Shown: piece by piece, positions 1 to 13,344 of the stretch
Numbering within the stretch: position 1 is the first letter of the stretch
Layout: each line of letters starts with the position of its first letter
Origin: Antedon mediterranea
Lineage: Eukaryota > Animalia > Echinodermata
Direction: 5' to 3'
DNA length: 64,000 nt
Assembly (NCBI RefSeq): GCF_964355755.1
Contig: NC_092670.1
Location: 39,296,388-39,360,387, forward strand
Made by a program: the position numbers and the translations under genes
Notes under the pieces: model-generated
Told to the model about the DNA's origin: nothing
The model's input: only the letters and a program-made list of their open reading frames with translations
Database searches by the model: none

Positions 1-303
1 AAATAAATAAAAGAAACGAAAGTGTTATCCTTTTGTGCCCATGATACGGAGTAAAAAAATAGAACTTACCTAAGTAGTAAATAAGTTGTGCTTCAAATAC
101 AGGCCTACTGTAAACATTAACTAACAATAAAGTGATTGATTATAACATTTACTTTTTGTACATTTTACATTAAATAATTTTTCTTGGAAGGAGGGGTATG
201 AATACATTGTTTGCATCAAATTGAAAAAGAGTGTTTGGACGTGACAAGATGGCGGATGTAATATCAGTTGTCCAAGCTCTATTCTTTAGCGTGACGTAAT
301 ACT

Positions 304-2048
304 CTATGAAGATGTATTTAAAAACTTTAACTTTTGCTTTTCAAATATTTTAACAGCTTTTAAATATATTTGATAATCTGCAGATAAGGCTTCATTAACA
401 AGTTTGTCAGCTTTCAGTCTTTCAATCATTACACTGTTAACTCTCGTTCTTGATGCATCTTTGAAGGTAGTGTTGACAACTATATTTGTGTAAGCTCCAC
501 TGAAGTTATCATGCATTCCACGACATTCATTTTGAAATGGTACATCAAACACCGCCCCCATTAGTTGTAAGGACAAATCATACTCGCTAGTCAAACCAAC
601 AAAAGCGAACCACTTTTCAAAATGTTCCAGTACAAACTGCGTAAGAGCGTTATATTCATCTTTTGATAGCAAATGTAATAAAATAACTTTTTCTCTAAAC
701 CAGAAAGGTGTTTGCAGATACATGTCATTTTTAACAACATTTCTTTTATAGTACTCTTTAAAGCCATTACAGAATTTAGGATTAAAAAGCAGTTGTCGAA
801 AAAAGAAACTACCTTGATGTACTGCCCATTCATTTATGGATACTTTCCATGGATCCAGGGCTCTGCATAGCTGATCCGTTCTTGCACGGCGGCAGTAAGA
901 ATAGCTTGAAACCGTTCGTTCATAAGGGTCTCTTAAAAACGTAAAATAAGAACAAGGTCTAGATAAATCATCGCATACGCCAAACGAATAATCTCCCATC
1001 AACGCGTCAAACACGTAGTGCTTCTTTAAGGATACGCGTACGCAATCCGTTAGCACATGCCAGACGCGTTTATGAAATTTAGGCAAGGTTTTCAACATAC
1101 AATTTTTTGTTGTAGTTCCCGCCGCTTTGTTATAATGCACGTATACTGAAACAGCATCACGATAAGAGTTGGTTGATACATTTGCTGACATTGTGAAAAA
1201 GTTTGGTAAAAAGTTACGTAACCTGATCCATGGCAATTTATCTAGTGCCGAGGTCAAAGGATCTTTGTTAAGGTCTGTAACTTGTGGTCGTGGTGTATCA
1301 GTATCCTGTTCAATCATGTCGGTAACATTATTTAAGCCCACCGGGGTTACGATTGGTACTGTGTTGCCAAGTTGTGATAGTGGTTCCGATGTTCCATTCC
1401 TCCTTGATGCATTGAACCTGAAACAATATAGCAAAGATAACTTTAGACTAAATAGACGTCATGTATATTTGTATTAGTCGCGTGCAAACACGACTCTACA
1501 GCTTACTATGTCGGTCGGTTGGTCGGTTGGTTGGTCGGTCGGTTGGTCGCGACTGCAGCCATGTATATGGCACTTGTTTCTTCAAGAAGGAACTTTACCG
1601 AGATGTAAAAAAAAGACTGTTCTTAAATTTGAGCGTTCTGACTTTAATGCTACCGGTATGTTTACGATTTTCTGCAATCTTATGATGATCTTAAAAGTAC
1701 AGTGTATTTTATTTAATTTCAATTCGCAACCAACATCGGAGAACTTGCCATTTACAGACTGGAATACATTACAAGACAAAAGAAGATCGCCAAGATCCAC
1801 AAGAACCAATTACAATATACAATAGATACAAAAGTGTGTAGAAAAAAAATTCAAACCATTGCACTAATTTTCTTTATAGTTATTATAGTTACATACCTTA
1901 TAGTGGTCTCAGAAATTGTGCCTAGTATTTCTTGAATTGGTAGACGGTTAAGTACACTGCAAGTCCACGAAATACAAAAACAAGTAGCTAAACAAATTAA
2001 GATACCGGCTCGTACAATACTCTCAAGTCGTCCAGTTGTTTTCTTCAT
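304..2048 (-). CDS. Golgi type II membrane sulfotransferase 1 (Sulfotransfer_2/Gal-3-O-sulfotransferase-like), ~421 aa, 2 coding exons
   Basis: Exons 2048-1897 (signal anchor GILICLATCFCISW) and 1417-304, joined by a phase-2 GT-AG intron. Has 5'-PSB motif YVHYNKAAGTT, 3'-PB motif LRDPYERTVSSY and FAFVGLTSEYDLS. Confidence 0.85.
1474..1578 (+). mobile_element. Helentron-associated (HINE/DINE-1/pearl-like) short element
   Basis: TTAGTCGCGTG 5' end, GTCG/GTTG microsatellite, inverted CGCGACT, 3' stem-loop GCCATGTATATGGC ending CTTGTT. Same termini as the copies at 17189 and 45243. Confidence 0.65.
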
Positions 2049-3656
2049 TTTTCCTCTCTAGCAACAGATCACCATTATAAGAATTGTTCTTTACTGTCAT
2101 AAACATACGGTATCATGCCTATCATCAACAATAAATAGATAGTTGACAGCACACATGGATTACTGTTATGTCCGGACACTTTACAATAAGAGAATAGACG
2201 GAAAATCTAAAGTTAACTCAACCTGTTCATGTTCGATTCTTTAAAAAAACTTAATTAAAACATTATTTTCGCTTACTAGACCTTCTGTATTCCAGTCTCA
2301 GATTGAACACTAAATGCACACACAAACAAAATATCTCTAAAATTTTAAAAATGTTCGCGTTGTCCGTTTATTGATGCCAGGAATGCTGTTGAATGGTAAA
2401 CAAGTTAAATATGCGTAAATAGAGACCAATAATTATTCTTTTGGTATACGTTTCAGGTGTGAAATCGAATCTCTGTAACAATAATTTGTTGTGTTTTGCG
2501 AAGTATGCAGACAAGAAATATTGACTTTCTTTCTATCATTAGCTTTAACTTTCCAAGAATCAATAACTTGCTGCTCAACTTAATTAAACTAACGATTGAT
2601 TCTTTGGGGGTAAGTTTTTAAATATATAGTATGTGGAAACATATTCCACCAATTAGTCACAAATAATAAAAATCCAGCGTAATAACTCGCCGTGTATTAC
2701 TTTTGTGACGTGTGCATTTTAATAAGATAAGATATAGGATAAATCAATCTCAATGTATGTCGGACAAACACAACGCTGATAAACTCATAGGCCCTTACAA
2801 CTGACAAATGTCAACGCTATTAGCTTTGTCATTATTATCGTTTGTTATCATGTTCATTATCTTACATCTTGTTAGGGTAACTTGACGAATATACAAGTAG
2901 GCCTAAACAAATAAGTTAAGTAAACAAATCAAAGTGCACAGCGATTGTTTTATTCCGATATGTTAGCCACAATCATTTTCATTCAATACGTGTCGAATGA
3001 CTATTATTATACAATATAAAAATATATTTATTAGGCCTATTTATTATTCTTAAATACATTTAGTGAACTTATTTTATTGCATACATTAGTCCAAAATAAA
3101 TAATTCATAGTAAAACCAAAGTTGACAAATAAACGTTGATATCGTTGCCCAATGAAGGAAATTCCTTCAAATAATTTAGAAAAATATAATCAAGATTATT
3201 ATTATATGTATTTCCTCCGTATACTTTCCCTTTACTGTGTGTTCGTGGGTATGCACATCTTTCTCCACCAGACTGTAGCTTGAGGTTGGGTAGGAATGTT
3301 AGAAAGTTCGAACGAACCCCCTTTTGTGTCCTTTTCAAACTAGAGTCCAGCAGTTGAAGTGATGTTAAATTAGCCTAGCCTAGTTTATGAAGATTTTTCT
3401 CCCTTTAATGATGAACAGGTGCCCTTTTTCGTAAAAGGTGTCCTTTTGTGGTTCTCGCTCTTCTTCAACTTTCCTTTCTCTTTATTCTTCAACATCTCTC
3501 CTTATCGATTGCTTGTTGAATGTATTGGTTCGCAGATAAAACACAAACATGATACTAAACTTTCGCTATTTCTGTGTGATTTTAGGATTATTTTTGTTTT
3601 GCATAAACTATTTGTCTCATAAAATCCGGATGATCTACTACAACGTCCTGACAATT

Positions 3657-5236
3657 TCATGATATTTTATTTAAGAGGTCCATTTTTTCTTTCTGTTTAT
3701 AAAATATTTCTTTTATCTTGTTATATAACCTTATATCAGCGTATAAAGCACGTTGAACATCTTCGTCATTCATTAATTCATCAACCATCTGCGCATGCCC
3801 GTCTGATAGAGTTTCATTTTTATTATTCGATATGTTAGTATAGCGTCCGCTAGTGTTTTGAACGCTTCCAGCGCAACTCGAGAATGGAACACCGTATACT
3901 TGTTGCAACATTGCCAATGATGTATCATACTCCTCAGTTAATCCGACAACAGCAAACCATTTTTCAATATTATTGATACAAAAATCAACTAACGCATCTA
4001 TTTGCGACTTAGATAATAAATCAAACATAATCACTTTTTGCCTAAACCAGCAAGGTATAGAACCGTAAATATCATGAGGAAGCAAATACGGCTTAAAATT
4101 GTTTTTAAATTCGCTACAAAATTTTGGATGGAATAACAGTTGGCGAAATAGAAAACTTCCTTGATGTATTGTCCATTCCTTTAGTGTCACTTTCCATGGA
4201 CTTTGCGCTCTACATAACTGGTCACTTCGTGCTCTTCTGCAGTACGAAAAGCTTGAAAGTGACCGTTGAAACGGGTCTCTGAATATAGTAAAATAAGAAC
4301 ACGACTGATTAATGTCATCACATAAACCGAACGAATATCCACCCATGTACACATTGTACCTATTTTGGGGATGTAAACTAAGCCGTTTACTTATACTCAT
4401 ACGGTTAGCGCTTGCCATGACAGGTCCTAGTTTCTTCCCACTTTTTGGAATAACGTGTTGCATACATTTCTTTGTCGTTGTTCCCGCGGCCTTATTGTGA
4501 TGTAAATATATAATGACGGAGTTTCTGTAAGTAAGCTTTTCATCTTCTGTGAGATTTGATGTAAAATAGTTAGACAGGTATATCTTACGGTCTATCCACG
4601 GTAGGATTTGTTTGGTAATATTTAAAAAGTTTGGAGCTCGTATTATATGATGCAAGTCAGTCGTCTTTGAAACTTGATTCGGTGGTGAGACTACTGCCCC
4701 TATTTGTTTTGGTACATAATTCCTGTAGCAACAACAACAACAAAGAAATCATTAATAATGAATACTATAACAAAACATAACATAATATTCATGCATATAA
4801 AATATGTAATACAAATGTTTACAACATTATATTAAGTTAATGTAATTATTATTATGCTTTTATTATCTTTTACATTAACATAATAATTATTCAATCAGAT
4901 TAATGCAGAATGTGCATAACATTATAGAACTACAAACACCACTATATGAAGGGACACTCTCTACCATGGATATGGATATGCATATCAATAGCACAATGTA
5001 AGACAGTTGGCCAACTACCAAAACTAGACTTCTACTCGTCTAACGATATCTACATACAATAGGACTACATACTTTTCTTCGCCTGACTTTTGCGCTCTAG
5101 GCTGCACAACGTTATCCTCACCCAACAGAGCCCAATGACGTATATTAGTTTGTTGGGCTTGATGTACACCCATCATAAACACGATACAGAGTCCTAAAAA
5201 TGTACTTAATGCCGCCAATTTCCACTTGAATTTCAT
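3657..5236 (-). CDS. Golgi type II membrane sulfotransferase 2, ~409 aa, 2 coding exons
   Basis: Exons 5236-5073 (MKFKWKLAALSTFLGLCIVFMMGV anchor) and 4722-3657, phase-2 intron. Motifs YLHHNKAAGTT, FRDPFQRSLSSF, FAVVGLTEEYDTS; clearly paralogous to gene 1 (YCRRARSDQLCRA). Confidence 0.88.
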
Positions 5237-6699
5237 GCTGACTCTATCGACACTAGGCCTACAACTCGTGTGATCCACCGGACCTATCTTTCGCCTCCTA
5301 CAAAATAAATCAAAAGATTGATAGACAAGAGGAAACGAAATATGTCTTTACTTGTTACAATGATGTTATGACAGTCAAAAACACATAAGTAGGCCTAAAT
5401 CAATCGTAGTGAAAATCACTTCGTTGCACCAAGTTACGGACGGCCGGTTAGCAATCGATAAGAAGTATCACTTTGGATCCACGGCGACAATCTGGTTATT
5501 ATTAACAGCAGATTTTCTTGATATCGTCCAGCTTATCTTTTCGTTCCATCAATAATAAAACAAGCATTCAATAGTAAACATTTATTGATTGAATCTATAG
5601 CCTAACGTTTATGCTAAGTAATGATTATATATGAGTGAAGGCGTACGTTCTCCATAATGATGTCTTTGTCATGCTATTAATAATACTATTATTAACGCCT
5701 AATTATGTAAATAAATGGAAATAGTCAGAGTAATAACCTTTTACAAGTAAATTAAGTTTTGTATTTAAACAAGTTAATGGTAGCAAGGTTACCATGCATT
5801 AGCAACATCACGTACCCGCGCAATACTAAAAACACATTTATTCAACAGCCTACGCTTAACGTTTTCGTTCAAGTGGTGGGGGTTCAGGGAGGTGAATCAA
5901 ATTCATCGCTTTTTAAAGCGAATAGATGATCTGGGTATTAAACAAAAATTTGTTTTCCTATTGAAGCACTTCTTTGCATACGATAAAAATGTATCTTTTT
6001 CATTCATTCATTTATTTATTCAATAGTGTGTAGGCCACTGGCCCAAGTACAATCATATAAAATAGTACATATTATAACATTTAAGAAGTAGTAACAGCAA
6101 AATAAAAGTTCTCTTTTATCTGCGAAAAATGCAAATCTTACCAGGTTATTGATTACTTTTTTTTCTGTTTTTCATTAGTAAAATAAACTTTTTATTTGTT
6201 AGTTGATTAAAATAATAAGTTTTTAAAAAGGAGTGTCTAATTTCGTTGTAGTATGGACATACTAAAATAAGTCTATAAATACTAATGAATGTGTTGAGAT
6301 ATATCAACAAACATCTATTAATATGTATTTTGTGATATGATGAATGATTAACAGTGGTACTTTACACAACAAAAGAGAAAAAAAAATGAATGTGTTAGAA
6401 AGTTGAATTACTCACCCGTACTTTTATTCAAAAGTACGGGCCGGGTATGCTTATAAATGTGTTCGTTGACTGCAGCATCAAATGAGCATGCCGGTGCGTG
6501 TCTCATGCGAGTGTCCTGATAGATTTAGAAAAGTGCAAACTGAAACGCTAACCTTCCAACCAACCCCTTCTCTTTGGGTCTATTAGCAAGATTTCTCCCG
6601 GGGACGGTAGATGACCGAAAATGAACGGAACGGTGTATATGTCTTTTCTACACGCTTGTTTTTGTATAAATTACCGTTTCTTTCATCGCCAACCTTTCG

Positions 6700-6990
6700 A
6701 TATATACATGTTTTTAATTTTATACATTTTGGGAAAACGCCGATCGTTTTACAATTTGTTTGAATAGTTTATATCAGCTGCTTTTACGGATTTTTTCGAG
6801 AGCTTTTCCAACTTTCGTACGTCCTTGACTGACATCGAAGTGTTCAAGGGGATATTGTGAATAATGTTGCCGAACTTCCGACAGTATAAACAAATTAAAA
6901 TAAACTTGAGTTTGATAAAAAACATTTTTGCAAACATGTTTCGGTGTTACGGCGAACAACATCATCAGAGCAATGAAATACGGTCCTAGA
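6700..6990 (-). mobile_element. Decayed 5' fragment of a Penelope-like retroelement
   Basis: Frameshifted peptide DVRKLEKLSKKSVKAADINY/TNCKTIGVFPKCIK resembles the N-terminus of Penelope-like ORFs (recognised from memory) and is preceded by a hammerhead motif. Confidence 0.55.
6928..6973 (-). ncRNA. Minimal type I hammerhead ribozyme motif (slightly degenerate)
   Basis: Minus strand reads TTGCT-CTGATGA-T-GTTGTT-CGCCGT-AACACC-GAAA-CATG-TT-TGCAA: intact core, palindromic ACATGT stem III, one mismatch each in stems I and II. Confidence 0.65.
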
Positions 6991-7979
6991 CGTTTGTTAT
7001 ATATACCTTTATACAGGTGAATATTTAAATATTCAGATTGTGTAAGTTGTTTGTTTTGAGATGGGTTATATCATTTTATATATAGGGCTTCTTTTATTTT
7101 TAATTGTTAACTATTGATGGCTGTGTCGATAATTGTAAAATTTTCTTTGCTGCATTGATCTAGGCAATTCTTATTATTGTTAATGTGTTTGTATAAATAT
7201 GTGAATTTTTTCCCCACCCATATGTTCTTGAATAAAATGGTTGTATTAACTGTTTAAACAATAATAAGAAATGTATTGATAATCAATTTTAGATAAATGA
7301 CAACATATTTAGTTAGTAGGGATGCAGTAAAACTTAAACTAAACAAAGTTAAAACAAATCATCTTTACACTAAATGCCAACACAACACACACACATGCCT
7401 ATAGTCAAAGAAAAAATATGTTGACGTCATATTTGCAGTGAATTACAAACACTAAAGTCACTATTGTACACATTTTATCGAGGATTATTGTTATTTGATC
7501 GATGAAAGTTGTATTGTGTTATATCGTTGCTGGCTTTTTATTTCTAATTGATTTATGAAATCAATAATGTTAATAAATAATATGTTGGTTTCTTATTCTA
7601 TTACGAATATATTAAGCGAATGATGGTTTGGTGCTATGCATAATTAAGATTAGACACACAATCCAATTAAATAAATGAACACTAGGCATTATACCGTACT
7701 GAATAAACATCTACGGTATACAGCAATTTGTAGCTTTTCTGTGTTTGATCGTATAATAGTAATATCTATAATTATTTCTAACCGTTTCGCCACAATTTGC
7801 TAAATGGTGAAAGCCATTGATACTAGTATTTTGTGTTTCTTTGTTTATTGAAAACTCAATCTTATCTAATCCTTTTCTAATTCAATACAACAAAAAATGG
7901 CTTAACCCCACGTAAAAAGGCAAAGAATCATAGATATATTAAAATAAGAATTACACAGAAGTCTAGTACCACTTCCCAC

Positions 7980-8385
7980 CATATGCACACGATAGTGCAT
8001 ACTATTATACTTTACTTTTATTTACAATGGACCTTATATATGGAACAACTTACCGCTAAATCTAAAAGCAATAACCATCATTTAAAACAAAATACAAACA
8101 AATACTTATTTCAAACTATTTAGAACATTAGTAATTCACAATTGTTTTAAGACTGTTTTTTACCTTTGTTGTGCCTTTTTAAAATTTTATTTGTCAATTT
8201 GACGAAAGAAAGAATTGTTTTTTTCTCTCACTTAAATTAAGTAATTAAATATATATTTACTTATCTAGAGGCCCAAACTTAAAGCCTTGGCTTAATGTGC
8301 GTCCTCCCCACACAATTGTATTTATTAATTTATGCTCTGAATTATATTGTATTTTGTATTGTGTGAAACTATAAACTTGAAACAT
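7980..8385 (+). mobile_element. 3' fragment of an L2/CR1-group LINE
   Basis: Peptide FIYNGPYIWNNLPLNLK matches the typical ORF2 C-terminus (GPxxWNxLP), followed by an AT-rich 3' UTR. Confidence 0.5.
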
Positions 8386-8655
8386 TATAATATGCATTGT
8401 GTGACTTCAATCAGTAGGCCGCCTACTGATTTTGAAGTCACCGTGTAATATAATGTAATAAATACATTACATTTGTGTAGTAGTATATTCTAACTCTAAT
8501 TGCTCTTATCAGAAACGAGATTGTGGCAGATAGACGTTTGTGATTGGTGGTTTAACGCGTGCGCGTACACAGGGTGACAAGTCTGTAGGCCTACGTATAT
8601 TAATTATAACTAATTGCAAGGAGCCTCATAACTTTCTGTATGGAAAGGAAGTCTA

Positions 8656-9034
8656 GGGTGTGTAGAAAGCGACGACCTCGAATTGGACGACCCCCAACGA
8701 CCCGGGCGACCTCGAATTGGACGACCTAGAATTGGACGACCCATAACACGAAACCGACGACCCCTATAGCCTAGCCTAGGCCTAAGTGTGGTATAACATC
8801 CCGAAGCCGAACATAGCCAAAGATCTTTAAACCATACCTTATAATAATACTCGCAAGCAAGCAATTGATTGAAAAAGTACAGAAATATCGCCATTTGATA
8901 CTGAATGTGTCGACACGAACAAACGAACAGATATGGAACGCCAAGAGTGCATCATTAAAACTGCATGAGGTCGTCGGTTTCGTGTTATGAGTCGTCCAAT
9001 TCTAGGGCGTCCAATTCGAGGTCGTTACACACCC
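8656..9034. mobile_element. Non-autonomous Mutator-like (MULE) element, 379 bp
   Basis: Perfect 9-bp TSD GGAAGTCTA (8647-8655, 9035-9043). Long imperfect TIRs GGGTGTGTA..ACGACCTCGAATTGGACG with subterminal AATTGGACGACC repeats. Confidence 0.85.
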
Positions 9035-9114
9035 GGAAGTCTAGGGGGATTGAAACTATACTACTGTAAATATAGATTCTTCTAAAACTATTATCTTTTT
9101 AGAAATAAAACTAA

Positions 9115-9276
9115 CGCTCTGTCTACACTATCAAACTAGTTTGACAAAAAAGTGTGATGTGCCCAAATATGGTAGTGATGTGCCAAAATATGGTAGTGAT
9201 ATGACATCATCATGTCCATATATGGGCATATCACATTAATTGTTGTCACATCAAGTTTGATAGTATAAACAGAGCT
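9115..9276. mobile_element. MITE family GCTCTGTCTACACTATCAAACT (PIF/Harbinger-like)
   Basis: ~22-bp TIRs, TAA flanks, internal AAATATGGTAGTGAT repeats. Further copies at ~29577-29705 and ~42690-42826. Confidence 0.75.
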
Positions 9277-10116
9277 TAAGAATACCTGAAAAAACACAGA
9301 CAATGTGTAACTCTTGAATGCTTAGTTATTTGAAATTTGTCAAAATAAATGGTAACCGTGTTACGCCTACTTACTTACAGACCAACGCAATTTGTAGTAG
9401 TAGTCGACAGTTTAAATGTTGTAGCAATTGCTTAAACGAGCCTGAGACGATGATAGAAGTTTGATACTACTGTATGGCAAAATACTTATAATCATTACAG
9501 CTGCTTATCTGAGTATTCATTGATCATTTTCAATTGATTGTGATTAAACACAGCGAAAACTTGTCAAGCGGCACCAGATAGTATTGTTTGGATTGTCCTA
9601 CTCATGTCGGTTTATTAAATCGCATTGTGTTGGTATCAAAGAAAATAACGACCTCAATAATCAATACAAATTTATTCTTAAACATCGGTGAGAAAACGGA
9701 AAACTCTGAGAAAAAACAATACAAAATCTTTTGTGTAACAGTATTGGATAGTTCAGTAGTCCAGACAACTTAATATTATGTAAAGATAAATATTTTGGCA
9801 CACATGGCGTATAATAGGCCTACTAATAACATTTCCAGACAAAATGCATTGTCAACATACAAAAAAGACAATAAATAAATAACAGACTTGGGGAAAGTAC
9901 GGTGAGTACAGAATCTTCTAACCGTGTACGACAAGCACTTGGATTCATTCACAACAAGGATGACTTGTTAAAAGATCATATTCCTATAGCGGTACCTGTA
10001 GTCTGGGTTCCAGACGGAGTTTTGACTTAATAATTATTAGTAAAACGATAAATATTTGGCACATATGGCGTTTCATACGTATACTACATGAGCTTGTATT
10101 TCTAACTACTCCTACA

Positions 10117-10560
10117 GACTTGGGGAAATCTATACCGGTAACGGCAATGCACAGTCAACTTGCTACCAGGAGTTTACTTGGGCAAGTCTATACCGGTAAC
10201 GGCAATGCACAGTCAACTTGCAGACTTGGGCAAGTCTATACCGGTAACGGCAATGCACAGTCAACTTGGGCAACTTGGGCAAGTCTATACCGGTAACGGC
10301 AATGCACAGTCAACTTGCAGACTTGGGCAAGTCTATACCGGTAACGGCAATGCACAGTCAACTTGCAGACTTGGGCAAGTCTATACCGGTAACGGCAATG
10401 CACAGTCAACTTGCAGACTTGGGCAAGTCTATACCGGTAACGGCAATGCACAGTCAACTTGGGCAACTTGGGCAAGTCTATACCGGTAACGGCAATGCAC
10501 AGTCAACTTGGGCAACTTGGGCAAGTCTATACCGGTAACGGCAATGCACAGTCAACTTGC
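10117..10560. repeat. Minisatellite, ~9 x 48-49 bp
   Basis: Unit ACTTGGGCAAGTCTATACCGGTAACGGCAATGCACAGTCAACTTGCAG, with near-identical copies and variable junctions. Confidence 0.95.
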
Positions 10561-10777
10561 TACCAGGAGTTTACTTCCAACATGGAGCTGAACTCCATGC
10601 TTCCAGGTAGCATATTTTTTTTTTCCAGGACGAACGTGGGCAGAAATCATGAATAATTCATTACCTTAATTATTTTCTATTATAAAGAATTGCAAGATAG
10701 CTGATCTACTTCCTAAATACTAAACCTAACCCTCTAAATAATCTCTCTCAACTATTAAACAAAACATGTTCATGAAA

Positions 10778-10840
10778 GAGCTCGAACCGAGGGCTTCAGC
10801 GTAATAGGTTAAAGGCTTTACCACTAGACCAAACATTTCG
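10778..10840 (-). promoter_or_regulatory. tRNA-like Pol III A/B box pair, probably SINE/repeat-derived
   Basis: Minus strand TGGTCTAGTGG (A box) then ~32 nt then GGTTCGAGCTC (B box). No convincing cloverleaf. Confidence 0.5.
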
Positions 10841-10912
10841 GTTGGCAAACGCAGTTTACACTAATTATTTAATCTCTCTGCATGCTTATATAGCGCCCTC
10901 TATAATGTTCCC

Positions 10913-10963
10913 TATTATGTCATAATTATTCATGAATTATTCATGAATAATTATGACATAATA
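10913..10963. repeat. Perfect 51-bp hairpin
   Basis: TATTATGTCATAATTATTCATGAAT-T-ATTCATGAATAATTATGACATAATA (25-bp arms). Confidence 0.9.
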
Positions 10964-11447
10964 CGGTATAAGTACGGTATACCAGAGAAGAGTTTTATTT
11001 TAATCACGTATAACAGCGCCACCAGCCACATACTGTACCTACCCGTGCTCTCAAATGTTGCGCCAAACGTAGTTTTGATAATAATAGTCAGACTATATAC
11101 GATATATTTGTTCAATAGTTGTCATTTAGCATGAATTAAATTGTTTTTGATCGGAATCTTTCAATTTGTGTTTCAGAAGGAAACTCAAACGATCACTTCC
11201 GCAAAATCACTTCCTGATTCATGTTGTTGCTCATTATTATTTTACAATGGCATCGTCGCGGCAATCATGTATTAAAGAGCCTATTATTATTCTTTTATTG
11301 TTTGACAGAGGCAAACGCTTACAAAATAAGAAAATGATTTGACTTAAGTAGTTCAATTGATTTTTTTTTCTGTCAAATCTAATTTTATCCAATTCTAACT
11401 ATTTGAATTTGACATTTTTAAACTGCTGCTGAACAAATGAGAAAATT

Positions 11448-11479
<32 letters not shown>
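11448..11479. repeat. (ATG)10 microsatellite
   Basis: Direct inspection. Confidence 0.95.
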
Positions 11480-11482
<3 letters not shown>

Positions 11483-13344
11483 TAAGATTGGCCAAAACTT
11501 GTATATTATCCAAAAAGCATACATTTCATTTGAGAAGAAAATATGTTTATTACAATTATTAAGAACTTCATTAAATCTTTTTCCAATTCCTTCGTTCAAA
11601 TACCCTACAGAAGTCTGTGGTTGTGGCTTGTGGCAATTAAATCTCCTGCAACTGTTTCTTAATATTATGAGTTGTTCTTGTAAACTGGCCTACCATATAC
11701 TACTTTATACTTTGTTGTACTAGTGTAATTTCATAGGAATTGTGTGCTGAAAAGCAATAAAAACAAATAAATTGATGATAAAAAGACACTGTATTTGCGA
11801 TTTTTCGCAAGCGTTCAACAACAAAAACAATAATATTTCATCTAATGTGTTTAATTCTGATTAAACAATAAAGAAACTTATAATTTAATATATCAAATAC
11901 TATTGATTAATATAAATATAATAGTGAGAACATTATTATATACCAGGTGTCGTGTATGGTAATAATGTGGAAAAATAATGTGAAAAATAAATCTGAACAT
12001 CTTCAATTACATAATAATATTACTTATTTATCAAACTGTATAAATGGCAGAAAAAAATTATAAAATAACGAAATTAGATAATAATGAGAATAGCCTAAAT
12101 GTTGATTATTAACATTATGATATGATATTATTGTGTGAATAAAACTTGAAATATAATAATACTATTGAGTAGTAGCAACAAAATAAAGGGCCCGTTACTT
12201 TAAGACGTACTTTTGAAAATTAGAATATGTTCTACTGTATTACTTCTCATGTATAATGCGAAGCATGAATATTATAATACTATAAATTTGACGTTTACAA
12301 TGTGTCCCACTTTTAATATGCTAGGGGCAATTATTTTCTGATACGACTTAAAAATAAATCAAAGTTATCTGTCAGAAGTGCGTTGCGCGTCCCATCAATT
12401 CTCTGGAAATATGTATGTGGATCTATTTTGGAATTAGGCCTCTTAATTGATAATTATTATGTTAACAAAGAAACTCATGAATGATACGGTTCTCTTTTAT
12501 CGTTATTTTTGAGTTATGATAGATAATAGTATTATAATTATAATTAATTGTAATTGAATTTACATGTTGTTTCGGAATTCTCCATCGATTTTGTAAATAG
12601 GAAATGATGTTCAATGGATGGAGATGGAGAGATAATATATTAATGTACTTCTATTATCATCGTTATTAAAGAATTAATAAAATTAATAGTTTTCGGTTTA
12701 ATTTATCTAATTACCATTTATTAACACTACAAAAATGTACATTAGCATTAACACATTGCAAAATAATAAAATAATTATACATGTGATCCATGTTAATAAC
12801 AATATATTTTCCTTTTTCCCATTTCCCCCATTCTATTCTTTTTCCCATTTTTTAAATATTTTTGTCTGTTGTTTGTAGGCCTAATGAACTGAAAAAAAAT
12901 GAAATAAAATGAAATTAAATTAATGAAATTAAATAAGATCTATACAAATATAAATTTGTAAGATCATATGTTAAAGTGCAACCACGCGGTCATAATGTTA
13001 AAGAATGACCGAAACGAAACCAATACTGTTCAATATCGATATGTTCCATATATTGATTTAATATTTCTACCAATTATAATAATATATGCCAATAATATAA
13101 TAATAATTATAACGCGTAACAGAAGCGAATTCGCTGACTGACATATAATTATGATGACTGTCATTAATAACGTCTGCCTCATCAGCAGTTATAACATTTC
13201 ATTGTAAATATGGGACAGTGAGATGAGAGCTGAATTCTCCTTCTCTTGTTGGTTTCGGTCGAAAGTTGTGAAAAAAAGATAAAATGGCGTGCACATCAGA
13301 CTTCTTGTGCGCAATTTAAATTCTATCAAACGATTGTTAGTTTG

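Noticed and set aside
1169-1825. Plus-strand ORFs with SVGR/SVGW repeats (also 17778-17978 and 45198-45383)
   Set aside because: Antisense shadow of the sulfotransferase or translations of HINE microsatellites.
10117-10560. CRISPR-like array
   Set aside because: Units are contiguous with no unique spacers, there are no cas genes, and the context is eukaryotic; it is a minisatellite.
10160-10656. Overlapping repetitive ORFs
   Set aside because: By-products of the 48-bp repeat.
10778-10840. Functional tRNA gene
   Set aside because: A and B boxes are present, but acceptor and anticodon stems cannot be formed.
11399-11723. Poly-Met / poly-Ile ORFs
   Set aside because: Produced by the (ATG)n microsatellite next to a probable LINE tail.
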